Assembly: GCA_951406725.2 (NCBI GenBank)
Contig: OX597820.1
Span: forward strand, 55,552,001 to 55,616,000
Source: Octopus vulgaris
Taxonomy: Eukaryota
Length of the DNA stretch: 64,000 bases
Direction: 5' to 3'
Shown: in pieces, positions 15,200 through 28,270 of the stretch
How positions within the stretch are numbered: position 1 is the first letter of the stretch
Layout: every line of letters starts with the position of its first letter
Notes under the pieces: generated by a model
Told to the model about the DNA's origin: nothing
The model's database searches: none
The model's input: only the letters and a program-made list of their open reading frames with translations
Program-made: the position numbers and the translations under genes

Positions 15200-15790
15200 A
15201 TGAACTTTTCTCTTTAGTTCTGTCCACATTTGCTTGATGATATTTAAGTCAGAGCTGGCTAATCTTTCAATATGGTAACACCTTCATCAGCCAGATTCTG
15301 TTGTTGCACGTAATCTGTGGTATGGCACTCCGTTATGTTGAAAAATCTCACCTTCATCCAAGTCTGGTATCAAATTGTCCTTCAGAAACTGGATGTATTT
15401 GGCACTATTCAAGTTACGATCAATTTTAACCAACTTTCTTGAACCATCACTCTTTATGTCTCTCCAAAGCATCAGACTCTTACCCCCAAATGTCACTGTT
15501 TTCATCATGTAACGATGGTTGTTTCGCTTTCCTGGATATCTTTTGACAAATTCTCACTTATTATTTGATTGCTTTATGTGAGGTGGATGTAAACTTTTGC
15601 ACAGCTATTTTTGATGGTTGTCTCGCATCTTCCACTTGCATTTAGAACCCCTACAACACAATATAATGACCCCAACAGGGCCAATGTTTCATCTGTAAAA
15701 AACACAATGTGAAACATCCACTTATAAGTTGGCAATTAGTAGAAATTTACAATAGTTTAAAGTGGTCGAAGACTTTAGCACGAAACTGTA
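15200..15790 (-). mobile_element. Tc1-like transposase remnant
   Basis: ORF 15287..15508: TVTFGGKSLMLW...LNSAKYIQFLKDNLIP...IFQHNGVPYHR. Confidence 0.8.
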
Positions 15791-15903
15791 TGTATGTATG
15801 TATGTATGTATGATGTATGTGTGTATGTACGCGTGAGTGAGTATATATATGTATCCATGCCAGCATGGAAGGCAGACGTTAAATGATGAAGATATATATA
15901 TAT

Positions 15904-16398
15904 CAGGCAAGTGAAATCGAAATCAAACTCAGTGACTGGCATCCATTGCTAGTGGAACGCTAAGAGTACCATACGAGCGAGACCGTTGCCAGTGCAACAA
16001 GCTGGCCTTCATGCCGATGGCATGTTAAAAACACCATTCAAGCATGATCATTACCTGTGTCGCCTTATTAGCACTTGTGCTGGAGGCACGTGAAAAAACA
16101 TTCGAGCGAGGTCATTTCCAGTGCCGCTGGACTGGCTCCTGTGCAGGTGGCACATAAAAAGCACCATTTGAGCTTGGCCATTGCCAGTACCACCTAACTG
16201 GCACTCATGCCGGTAGCAAGTAAAAGCACCCTCTACACTTTCGGAGTGGTTGGCGTTAGGAAGGGCATCCAACAGTAGAAACTCTGCCAGATCAGATTGG
16301 AGTCTGGTTCGCCAGACCTCAGTCAAATCATCCAACCCATGCTAGCATGGAAAGCAGATGTTAAATGATGATGATGATGATGAAGATGATGATGATGA
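15904..16398 (+). mobile_element. RTE 3' UTR with (GAT)n tail
   Basis: Family sequence with tail at 16365-16398. Confidence 0.75.
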
Positions 16399-16829
16399 GT
16401 AGTTGCCAGTATATTTTACCACCATTACCACCACCATTATGAAACAATGAAGATAAGTGTTGACATCACACCACAATGTTAGGGAAGGGATAGATGGCTG
16501 TCTGGACGGAAGAAGCAGAAACAGCTGATCTGATTTCCTTGAATACAGCCCATTACTGACACAATGTGAAAAATATGTGAAAACTTTGTAAAATGTTAAT
16601 TTTTCACTTAAATTATCATTGGCTTGATGACAGGACATGGAAAAGATCCGGTGCCTTAGCTGGCTGCGAGAGACTTCCCTCCTGTTCTTTTGAATGAATT
16701 TCAATTAAGGAAAACAACAAAGAGAAAATAGAAGGGGAAAGAGGAGGAGAAGAAAAGAGTAACTGAATGACAGGTAGAATGATGTATGAATATACAAGCA
16801 CAGACAAGCACACATATATACATACATAC

Positions 16830-16898
<69 letters not shown>

Positions 16899-16944
16899 TA
16901 TATATACACACACACACACATATATATATCTATGTATATATATG

Positions 16945-16990
<46 letters not shown>

Positions 16991-18189
16991 ACATATGTAT
17001 GTGTGTATGTATATATATATATATATACATATATGAATATGCACACACATACACAATAACATTAACATTAACAACAACAACAACAACCATCCTTAAGACA
17101 TTCCAAAAATTCTTGGTCTGTATCCACTGGTTGGACATAATACATACACATACCATCATTCATATATAACAATGCACACTTACATAAATACAGATACACA
17201 CACACACACATATTTGAAGACAAACACCTGGGCAATGACTAAATTCCAATAGATATTTGTCACTTTTCTTTGGTAATGGATGCTAATCCCTTTGAAAAAA
17301 AAAAACAAATCAATTACAACAGGTATTTCACCATTTCACTTCTGTTTTACTAATAGGTTTTATAACAAACATGGAAGCGTGTGTGTGTGTGTGTGAGTGA
17401 GTGTGTGTGTTTGTGTGTGTGTGTGTGTGCTATTGTTAAATGATAAAATTTTTATCATGGCAATTTTTTTTTAAATGGTTTGGTCATGAAAAAAAGTTGT
17501 GCCCATGACCTTCATAGATACACCAACATTGACATAGTTTGTGTTCAGCCTGAATGCAGATGGGAACCTTTATATACGTAGGTACGTAGATAGATAGATA
17601 GATAGATAGATAGACAGATAAATAGGTAGACAGCAGATGAGTGGGTTGATAGAGAGATGGATGGAAGCAAGAAAGGGAGTGAAAGTAGAACTTTACACAA
17701 GAAAATGCCATTTAGTAAAGATGATGCTGTGCTCCCAGGATATAGCTACTCCATGAACTTCCCAAACAAGCTATGAAGTACTATAATTGCTCCATGTTTC
17801 ACTCTATATCTACATGTGACACAGATCGTAAAACATGGTTGTTATAGTTGCTGATTAGCCCCACACTAGTCTTGATAAAATAGACCCATTACCACAAAAA
17901 TTCCAGTTGCCCCGACTTTTTTTTATTTTCCAGACAATGTATCTGGGATCACTACACACTGCTTTCTTCTCTTTTAAAGATGTTTGGGTGTGATGTGTGA
18001 TATGATGAAAATTTGGGTGTTATTTCTAACAGGCTGAGTGTTCACATTGTGGCTTCAATCATTCGTTTGTCAGCTGATAACTAAAATATAGTGGTTGAAA
18101 GAAAAGTTATCTGCTTTGCTGAAAGTTAAAAAAGTGACCTTTCATCAGTATTCATGACCTCACCAATGACATTCCCCTTCTATTTTAGG

Positions 18190-18565
18190 TTGTCGTCGTC
18201 ATCATCATCATTTAACGTCCGTTTTCCATGCTGGCATGGTTGGATGGTTTGGCAGGAGCCAGCCAATTAGGGAGCTGTCCAGACTTCAAATTGTCTGTTG
18301 TGGCAACGTTTCTACAGCTGGATGCCCTTTCTAATGCCAACCACTTTATAGAGAGTGTTGGGTACTTGTTATGTGCCACCGGCATGGGAGCATTTATGCA
18401 GCACCAGCATGAGTGCATTTTATGTGACACTGGCACCTGTAAAAGACAAGTTTGTATGGAAGGATGACAGTGATTTGACTTGGCTTGACACATCTTCTCA
18501 AGTACAGCCACAAATCCCGGTCCCTTGCCATTTCCTCAGTGAAGCCCAGCGTCTGAAGATCCTTT
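18190..18565 (-). mobile_element. RTE ORF end plus 3' UTR
   Basis: ORF 18394..18690 includes KDLQTLGFTEEMARDRDLW, the RTE C-terminus. Confidence 0.75.
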
Positions 18566-18659
18566 AGGACATTGATAAACTTAGCTGAATGACTGACTGA
18601 ACAATTAAAGAATTGATTATTAAACTGTCTTTCTCGGCAATCTGAGGATAAACAAATTT

Positions 18660-19440
18660 TATACATTTCATACAGAATGAAGAGAAGCACATTTGAGAAT
18701 CTTCACTGCACTACCAATATCCAAAATCCACCACGTACACAGCATAGGTTCCATAACAGCAGAGATTGACTACAAAATGGCATGCCACACTTCTAGACAG
18801 AGGAAAAGTCTCAGAGTTTGTTCATCAGAGAGAATATGAAAACCTGAAAGAACCCACAGAGTCTTTACCATGCAGACTTGTTAACATTGTGATAGATCAA
18901 CAAAAGAAGTGAAAGCTTCAAAATGGATTTGCTGCCACCACTTTTCTTCAGTCTTGCACAAGCACCAATCTGCAATCTACTGAACAGCAGCAGCAATGGA
19001 CATAATTGACAGAATGGCAAATTGTATCACTTGTCCTACACTCATGATCTCAAGATATTTGTGGAGGTTGTCAACCCGCGATGGTTCTACTCAATATTAT
19101 GAAGACTTGTTGGAATCAACAAGTGTGCCAGAACCACCTTCAGATCAGTAAAACAGACCGAGACTGCAAGCCTAGACTTTGACAGTAGCATCATGACCGA
19201 GGTATTATTTCCAGATAGCACATAAAGTACCTTGGAGGGAACAAAGCAGATGACATACAACATTCAACCATGAATGAGAAGATCCAGAAAGGACACCGGA
19301 AACGACTGTGGATGATATTAAAGTACAAATTGAATATAGCTGACAAATTTAAAGCTATTAACACTTTAGCAATACCCGAAGTGATGTACTACTTCAACAA
19401 CATCAATTGGAAAGTGAATGACATCAGGAGATTGGCATAT
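18660..19440 (+). pseudogene. Decayed R4/Dong-clade (restriction-like endonuclease) LINE RT fragment
   Basis: KYLGG...RKRLWMILKYKLNIADKFKAINTLAIPEVMYYFNNINW resembles the R4/Dong post-RT region. Left boundary uncertain. Confidence 0.65.
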
Positions 19441-20510
19441 ATGCAGTGCACAAAATGTGGTGATATCCAAAGAAGAGGAAATCCATCTGGGGCCAGTCAA
19501 TGAATCCTGCATATTTGGGACTCCTCTGACTACCAAGAGGGTAAGTGCTCTCTCTCATCTGTACTCCCTGGCCTATACATGGATGCCAAAATGGACCCAT
19601 TGACTAGAGGCATGCTTAAAAATAAAGGAGCTTACTCTTAAATAATTCTTTCTAAGATAGGCTTGAGGTGAAGGATATATCCTGCTATGTTGTTGGTTGT
19701 GTATTTTAGATTCATTGTATTGGCGATACAAAGATAAAAGGCAAAATTGTCTTCTGCTGGATTTGAACTCAGAATATAAAGCTATATAACCAAATTACTG
19801 TATGACATTTTGTTCAATATATTCCACCAATTCTGCTAATCCACTTAACAACAACAACAGCAGCAGCAATGATAGTTACTTTTATAATTTAATAAAATCA
19901 CTGATGAACGATTGGTAGTTTTGTAAAATTGGTAGAGCTTGAACAAAATGTCTTGTGGCATTTAGCTACAACTCTTTATATTCTGATTTCAAATCACATG
20001 AAGGTCAATTTTGCTTTTTATCTCCTCTGGTGTTGATGAAATAATGTCACTAATAATACTGACTATGTTCCTCACTGATAATACCGATAAGTCGCTGATA
20101 ATAGTGATTAAGTTCCTCGCCCAAATTTTAGGCCCAGTAACTAGGTTAGAAATCAATAACAATACTAATACGTTATATTTATTCATTCAATTAAAGATAA
20201 ACTTAACCTCTGCAGTGTTTGAACTCAGGATGTAGAAAGGGCCAGAGTAAATTCTGTATGTTATTTAATCCATCACGTACCTTTCCCATTCAATGATAAT
20301 AATAATTCTTTCAAAATTTGGCACAAAACCAGCAATTTTAAGGGAAAGGGGAAAGCCAATTACATTGATCCCAGTACTTGATTAGTACTTAATTTTATTA
20401 AACCCCCAAAAGGATAAGAGGCAAAGTTGGCCTCAGAACATAGAGGGCTAAGCATTTTTGGCTGGTGTGTTAACAATTCTGCCAGCTCACTGCCTTACCA
20501 TTCAATAATA

Positions 20511-22235
20511 CAAGGGGAAGTCAAAAGATATCTAAACTTTCACCAAAACTATTTTTAGGTTAGCTGCTCGCTTTCAGTGCTTGCATGCTGAAAGGTGGTC
20601 CTCTTGTGGTATGTAACAGAGGTTTGACCTTGATTGCTCCAGTTTTCTTTCTTGCATTAGAGAAGACTTGTCAAGCCAAGTGAAACAGAAGTCATGCCTG
20701 ATGTTGGTTCATCTAACTGGCACCTGAGCTGGTGGCATGCAAAGAGCACCTTTTGAGCATTGGGCTTGACAGAAGCAAAGTGGCTGAGTTCCTTTGAGCG
20801 TTGGGCTTCATGGAAGCAATGACCAAGACCTTTGGCATTATGTTGTGCTTTAAAAGAAGACCCATCAAGCTGAGCAAAATCGCAGTTGTGGCAGATACTG
20901 GTGTCACACAAATGGCACCTATGCCAGTGGCATGTAAAAGCACCCTTAAAATTTAAAAGTGGTTGGCGTTAGGAAGGGCATCCAGCTGTAGAAAATCATG
21001 CCAAACCAGACTGGAGTCCTTTACAGCCTTCCAGCTTACCAGCCCTGGTCAAACTGTCCAACGCATGCCAGCATGGACAACAGATGTTAAATTATGATGA
21101 TGATGTTACACATTAATCATGGCCACTCCACTGGCAGTGTGCATCAAGGAAGAATGGATCAGTGATCTGATTTCTCTGGTCTAAAAGTGTGTCAGGAGCT
21201 GAAATTCATTGTGGGGTTCCAGTACAATATAAGGACAGTGCTCTACGGCATAGAATTGCATATGAGTAGATGAAGAAGTCAAAAATGGCTGGGCAAGCAT
21301 AAAGCACAAAGAGGGAGCAGGATGCTCATCAACTTCTATCACAGACATGTAGATTCAACAAGCTCAAGAGATGGTTTAGGTGAGCCAACAAGTGACCATT
21401 GATGACGTGACATGTTCTCTGCATATTATTCACAGTTCTGTATACAAAATCATTCATGACAAGCATTGCTAGTGTAAAATCTGTGTGTGATGGGTACCAA
21501 GAAAGCTTACCAAAACATATAAGTACAATTGTGTGGAGGTCTGTCAATGCTTACTCGACCGCTACAATGATGAAGGCAAAGTTTTTTCAGAGAGAATAGT
21601 TGAAGTGGATGAAACTTGGGTTTATCATTTTGAACCAGAATCCAAAAGGCAGTGAATGGAGTGGAAACACCCAGAATCACCAGCAAAAAAAGGAATTCAA
21701 GACTCAACCTTCCACAGAAAAAGTGATGCTAACCAGTTTTGGGGATGCAGAAGGGCCTGTACTGGAACATTAGCTGGAAAAGGGATCTACAGTCACTAGT
21801 GTAAGTTACAGAGAAATGCTGACCAACAAAGTGAAACCAGCAATTTGCTTCAAACGCTGAAGTCTATTGTCAAAGTAAGTGTTATTGTTACACATAGTTA
21901 CACAACAATGCACACCAACATACAGTTACCTACACCATTAAAACCATTGAAAAATTGGGTTTCAAGTTGTTGGAACATACTTTATACCGTCCAGATCTTG
22001 CCCCTTCCAACTATCACCTCTTTGAACTGCTCAAACATCTTCTATATGGGCATTGATTTGCTACAGATGAAGAAATGCAGGAAACAGTGCATAAATAGCT
22101 GTGCAACCAGCTGAAAACCTTCTCTGATGGAATAAGTAAGCTTGTAGACTACTGGAAAAAGCACATGAGAAAGCAAGGTTTTCGGTTTAAGAAATTACAG
22201 AAACAAGGGTGCATACACTTTTTGACATACCCTTG
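20511..22235 (+). mobile_element. Full-length decayed mariner with a nested RTE 3' insertion (~20655-21105)
   Basis: TIRs TA-caaggggaagtcaaaa and ttttgacatacccttg-TA. Transposase remnants (WVP, VDETWVYHFEPESKRQ, Y..DLAPSNYHLF) with stops. Same family as 7324-8244, in the opposite orientation. Confidence 0.85.
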
Positions 22236-23243
22236 TATTAATAATTCTTTCTAATTTTGGCACAAAACCAGCTATTTTGATGAGAGGAAAAATCAATTAC
22301 ATCAACCCTAGGACTCAACAGGTGCTTATTTTATCGACCATAAAAGGATGAAAGGCAAACCTGACTTCAGCAGAATTTGAACTCAGGAAGTAAAAGCAGG
22401 AAGAAATGCAGCTAAGCATTTTGTCTATATAAATTTTGACTAAATAAAGTGTGTTCCAACAACTTGAAACCCAATTTTTCAATGGTTTTAATGGTGTAGG
22501 TAACTGTATGTTGGTGTGCATTGTTGTGTAACTATGTGTAACAATAACACTTGCTTTGACAATAGACTTCAGAAGTCTAAATTCCGTTTTTGGATTTGGC
22601 TTGCAAGATTCTTTATATGAGTTTGTGTGTTGAAGCATATTCTGTTGTGTCTGGGGAGAGTCATTTTCTTTTTGTCAGCTTGCTGCCTTACTATTCAATA
22701 AAAATGATAATGGAAGACGAAAAAACAGTTATTACAGAAAATCTTGTTGAAGAAGGCAAAACAGAAGTCTAAATTCCGTTTTGGGATTTGGTTTGCAAGA
22801 TTCTTTATATGAGTTTGTTTGTTGAAGCATATTCTGTTGTGTCTGGGGAGAGTCATTTTCTTTTTGTGCCTTATAATTTCCACTTATTTCTTATTTTTAT
22901 TTTCCTAAAATTTTCGTTGCATCTTACAACCTTAAGTCACAAAAAGAAAATGACTCTCCCCAGACCCAACAGAAGTCTAAAGTTTTAAAGGAAAAAAAAA
23001 GCCAAAAAAAACTCAATAATTAAATACATGTATATAAAAGTAATTATGTATCTTATGTGTTGCTTGTTGTCTTCGTTACCTGTTAATAAAGTTTAACAAA
23101 ATAAATAATGCAAATCAGTTGAACCATAAAGCTACCTATACTCACTGTAATTTTAAACTAAAAACATACAAAAGAAAAAATTAGGCAAAAAAAGAAGAGC
23201 AAAGAAAAAAGTGAAGAAAAGAAACAGCAAAAAAGCTACCTAC

Positions 23244-23329
23244 TTGTGGAATTCACAAGCTGCTTTACTTTGTCAATAAATGGTGGGAAACCAATTTGGT
23301 CCATTGAAGCACCAACCTGATTTATGAAC
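23244..23329 (-). CDS. SRBD1: SRBD1 exon D (K-FINQVGASMDQIGFPPFIDKVKQLVNST)
   Basis: 86 nt. Acceptor tattttttcag|G, donor ACAA|gtaggt. Phase 2 in, matching exon C; phase 1 out. Resembles the segment following IHPESY in SRBD1 as recalled (F...IG.....VG.P....K). Implies a 32 kb intron. Confidence 0.8.
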
Positions 23330-23942
23330 CTGAAAAAATAACACCAGTGTTCTTTAATAAATATTAGTACAAATATATACACATATACATACACACACAT
23401 ACATACATATCTCTCTCTCTCTATCTATATATATATATATATAGAAAGCAGCAAAATTATCACTAACTGTTACTCAGAGTTTCATGTTCCAATTTGCTGG
23501 ACAGTTTTGTTTAAAATAGAACAAAAATAAGGTTATATGCAAAAATATGCAATTAGTTTGATAGATACACATTTGAAAATGGTTTTGTTTTGTTGGTCCT
23601 TTCAACTAACGGTCTTTTCAATAACCAGTTGCATGCAATAACAAATTCTGGTATAAAATCATATTATTATAAAAATCAAAGAAAACCTTAAATCAAAAAT
23701 AGCTTATAAAGAAGAAAAAGGCCTGAATACCCAGGGTAAATAATTAGTTGTAAAATATTAATCAATTAATAAATTAAATTAATTGATAAATTAAAAGATA
23801 TCTGTTTAAAAAAATTTTCACACTAGATTACATATACATTTAGCAGTATATACATACACATACCAAACCATCTATAATATACATATATACACTAAACATA
23901 CAGATGCAGGTATATGGCTACATACATATACAGACATAAATA

Positions 23943-24165
23943 TACTGTAAATCCTCGTGTATAATCCGCATTTTTTCCACAAAATTTAAAGGTTAAAATC
24001 CCTAGTGTGTACTATATACGAGGTTAAAAATGAAAATTATTTTCCAAGCAATGTCCGAGTCTCTATTTGCCGTCCGGCAATATTTATTTAGACGCATTTT
24101 GTGATGTCGGACACAAAAATACCTTAAGCTAAGCCTGAAAGCAATGAAGTCATAACAGTTTAAGG
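23943..24165. mobile_element. pogo/Tc2-like DNA transposon end
   Basis: TA-ctgtaaatcctcgtgtataatccgc terminus with internal inverted tatacgagg. The other end was not found. Confidence 0.45.
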
Positions 24166-24316
24166 GGCAGTAGATGGGGTCTGATTGGTGCCAAAATTTA
24201 CACTGGGGGGTAAAATGGGGTGGGCAATGGTGTGAGGGGTGTTGCAAGTCACTCGGGGCTACTGTTTGGTTGCTATCACCACCAAAATCCGAGCGAAGCA
24301 CGTGTCAAAATAGCTA

Positions 24317-24317
<1 letters not shown>

Positions 24318-24402
<85 letters not shown>

Positions 24403-24806
24403 GGCAGTTTGTCTGTCTGTGTGTCTGTCAGGTTGTACCCTCACCCTGACCACGGCTTTCAACCGATTTTGATGAAACTTGACACACACATAGCCCAATG
24501 TCATAATTCAAAACTAACGCAACGAAAATTTTGAAAAGTTCCCCCAGTTCTGAAAAAAATCGATAAATTCGACATGGGGTCGAGAATCTAAGCTTTTTAT
24601 ATGCAACACATTTTCTGTCTAGGGGACACAACTCGACAGCTAGGGACAGCTAGGAACATCGTATACACAGAAGTATTCGAGTGAAGAGAAGACATTGCAA
24701 CCTACACATGCGCCTTCGTTCCCTAGAGGGAAAGGACTAGATTGGGATTAGTCGTTGCCTACTAGGGGCTCTTACATACCCGGGCAACGCCGGGCTATGC
24801 TGCTAG
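24318..24806 (+). mobile_element. Non-autonomous Helitron, preceded by the 3' end of another Helitron (~24170-24317)
   Basis: 5' TC, internal (TA)n and gtct repeats, 3' hairpin cccgggcaacgccggg (24779-24794), then CTAG|T. The upstream copy ends ccgagcgaagcacgtgtcaaaatagCTAG at 24317. Confidence 0.8.
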
Positions 24807-24811
24807 TATGT

Positions 24812-25150
<339 letters not shown>

Positions 25151-25554
25151 ATTTATTTTTATATATATAACTATATCTATATATATGTATGTACATTACA
25201 CATACACACACACATACATACTTGTTTATTATTCTACACCAGCAAGCAATGTAGCTGTTATGTAAATTACTAACATGCTGGTAATTATAGCAAAACTTAA
25301 CGTAAAAATAAAACACTGGTATGTGAATAATCTACATAACAAAACACCTGAAAATGTCTAATTTTCAAATCAGTATATCTGGTTTATTTATATCCTTTTA
25401 TAGTATAGAAACATAACAACAGTAGCTTTAAATAGAACTTCAGAGTAGCAGCATAATGTAGGGCATTTGACTGCTAATGAAGATTAATAAACTAAAAATG
25501 GCAATATCTGGTTAATTCTTCTTTTACAGAATGTAGTGAGGTTATATCATAAAC

Positions 25555-26660
25555 ATGCCCAAGAAGTTCCCTGGAAGTAGTAGAAAGTTTCTGTTACCTA
25601 GGTCACCTAATTAGCAGTGGAGCAGGATGTTCTGAAAGTATAGTTGGCTGAATAAGAATAGGATGGAAAAAGTTCTAGGAGTTATTACCACTGTTGGTAT
25701 TAAAATGTCTCTTCTTCAGAATGTTAGATAGATTGTGTGATACTTGTGTATGAACAGTAGTGTTACACGGGCCTTGAATGCTGAGGACATGCAAATGCCA
25801 GAAAGAAATGTATGCTACTGATGGGTGTGCAATATCAGTGCATGAACAACAAAGTGCAAATCAGATGTAGTTTGCAAAAGAGAATGCTGCACTGTATGCT
25901 CATGTCATACATATGGATGGAAGGCGCATGGCTTAATGGTTGTTGCTTGTTGTCTTTGTTACCTGTTAATAAAGTTTAACAAAATAGATAATGCAAATCA
26001 GTTGAACCACAAACCTACCTATACTCACTGTAATTTTAAACTAAAAACATGCAAAAGAAAAAAAATCAGGCACACAATCACAAGATCGTGATTTCAATTC
26101 CCAGCGACATGTTGTGTCCTTAGGCAAGACACTTTATTTCACATTGCTCCAGTACACTCAGCTGGCAAAAATGAATAGAACCTGTATTTCAAAGGGCCAG
26201 CCTTGTCATACTCTGTGTCTCGTGGAATCTCTCTAAGAACTATTTTAACCCTTTAGTGTTCTGATTATTCTATCAAACATAATGCCTATTGATTCCCATT
26301 GATTTGAATTAATCATGCATTATCTCATATCTTCAAGATCTTGATGGTGTAATTACTTAATGTAGAATAACATTGTAGGATAGGTGTGAGAGCCTAGATC
26401 TGGTCAGTTTGAACATAAAACAGATTAAATATTTTGGCCGGATATGGCCGGTTTAAATACTAAAGGGTTAAGGGCACATGTGTCTGTGGAGTGCTCAGCC
26501 ACTTGCATGTTAATTTCACGAGCAGGCTGTTCCATTGATTGGATCAACTGGAACCCTCATCATCATAATTGATGGAGTGGCAGCTACATGTGGATGATAA
26601 TAGCTGTATAAAGAAGTGTCAATCACTTCAAATGGCTAGAGCTTGTGGAAAAGGAAGAAG
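25555..26660 (+). mobile_element. Decayed RTE fragment interrupted by a tRNA SINE (~25922-26584), itself interrupted by a piggyBac MITE
   Basis: RTE-like EVVESFCYLG...ISSGAGCSES. SINE flanked by TSD tacat(a/g)tggatg at 25908-25919 and 26585-26596. Confidence 0.7.
26249..26467. mobile_element. piggyBac-type MITE
   Basis: TTAA-ccctttag...ctaaaggg-TTAA. Confidence 0.85.
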
Positions 26661-26989
26661 ACTACAAAGGTGATAGACATTTTGCTGGGCTTGACAGGCT
26701 TGTCCAACATAGTAAAAGTGAAGTCCTAAAAGTATTAGGTTGACTATTAGACAGTTCTTCAGGTGGTTTTCTGTGAATCACTCAATAATAGTTACACAGT
26801 TGATTCCCAGCTTGAATAATTTTCCTGATATATTATGCCAAGTATTCCTTCATAAATTTATTGAGCACTCAGTGTTAGAATATATGGAGAAATCAGGTAT
26901 TATGTTGACTTAACGTAGCTATGTAAAAGTCTTCAATTTATAGCATATTTATCTATAATACATTAAAAGCCAGTTTCAGTCTTGCTTGC

Positions 26990-27460
26990 TTGCTTGTAAT
27001 GTTACTCAGTGAAACTGGTGCATATTGGGAAAATATTGTGAATTAAGTTTACTCTGAAATGTTAATATGAATCGAATGAAACTAATTTTGCGTAAATCGG
27101 CAAAGTAGTTTCCAAGATATTAGAGATTCTCAGGGTATAAATACCCAAAATGGTGCATAATGGGAAAATATTCCAAAAATAATCTTCAACCTGAAAGGGA
27201 AGAAATTCTTATCCTTTTATTAGACAGTGAGTTGACAACGGAAAAAAAAAAAACGATTTTTTTGTTTTTACAATTTCTACTTTTGCTTTTCTTAAACACC
27301 ATATTTTAATCATTTACAAATATTTTTAAGCGAATGTGATTTCAAAAATGTAAGCTGTTTGTACAGTAAGTATGTATATTGTAGCTAAACAGGCAATATT
27401 TTATTATTTTCTAAAATTATTTTCAAGTGAATACTATTACAAAAATATTTTTTGGCATAC
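26990..27460. repeat. Inverted duplication, outer left block (pairs with 52920-53372)
   Basis: atgttactcag...cagggtataaatacccaaaa...gatttcaaaa is the reverse complement of 53372-52920, with many substitutions. Confidence 0.85.
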
Positions 27461-27770
27461 AAAAATATATTCTAAAGTAGAAATGAATTTAAAAATATGG
27501 TAGATTTTTTTGCTGAACTGCTAAGTTACATGGACGTAAACATACCAACATGAGTTGTCAAGTGAAGGTGGTGGTGGTGGTGGGGGTGGGGACAAACACT
27601 CACACAACAGGCTTCTTTCAGTTTCTGTTCACCAAATCCATTCACAAGGCTTTGGTTAGCCCGAGGCTATAGTAGAAGACTCTTGCCCAAGGTGTCATGC
27701 AGTGGGACTGAACCTGGAATCATGTGGTTGGTAAGCAAGCTACTTACCACACAGCTATTCCTGCACCTAT

Positions 27771-28270
27771 ATCATCATCGTTTAATGTCCGTTTTCCGCG
27801 CTAGCATGGGTTGGACGGTTTGACCGGGGTCTGGGAAGCCAGGAGGCTGCACCAGGCTCCAGTCTGATCTGGCAGTGTTTCTACAGCTGGATGCCCTTCC
27901 TAACGCCAACCACTCCGTGAGTGTAGTGGGTGCTTTTTACGTGCCACCGGCACAGGTGCCAGGAGAGTCTGGCAGCGGCCACGATCGGTTGGTGCTTTTA
28001 ACGTGCCACCGGCACGGAAGCCAGTCAAGGCGGCGCTGGCATCGGCCACGTTTGGATGGTGCTTTTTACGTGCCACCGGCACAGAAGCCAGTTCAGGCGG
28101 CACTGGCACCGGTCACGTTTGTCGGATGGTGCTTTTTATGTGCCACCGGCACAGGTGTCACAACTGCTATTTCCATTGATATTTATTTCAATTATTTCCT
28201 TTGATATTTATTTCGATGTTCATGTACTTGACTCAATAGGTCTCCTCAAGCACAGCGGGATGTTCTGAAA
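27771..28270 (-). mobile_element. RTE 3' UTR
   Basis: Family sequence with CpGs retained. Confidence 0.8.
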
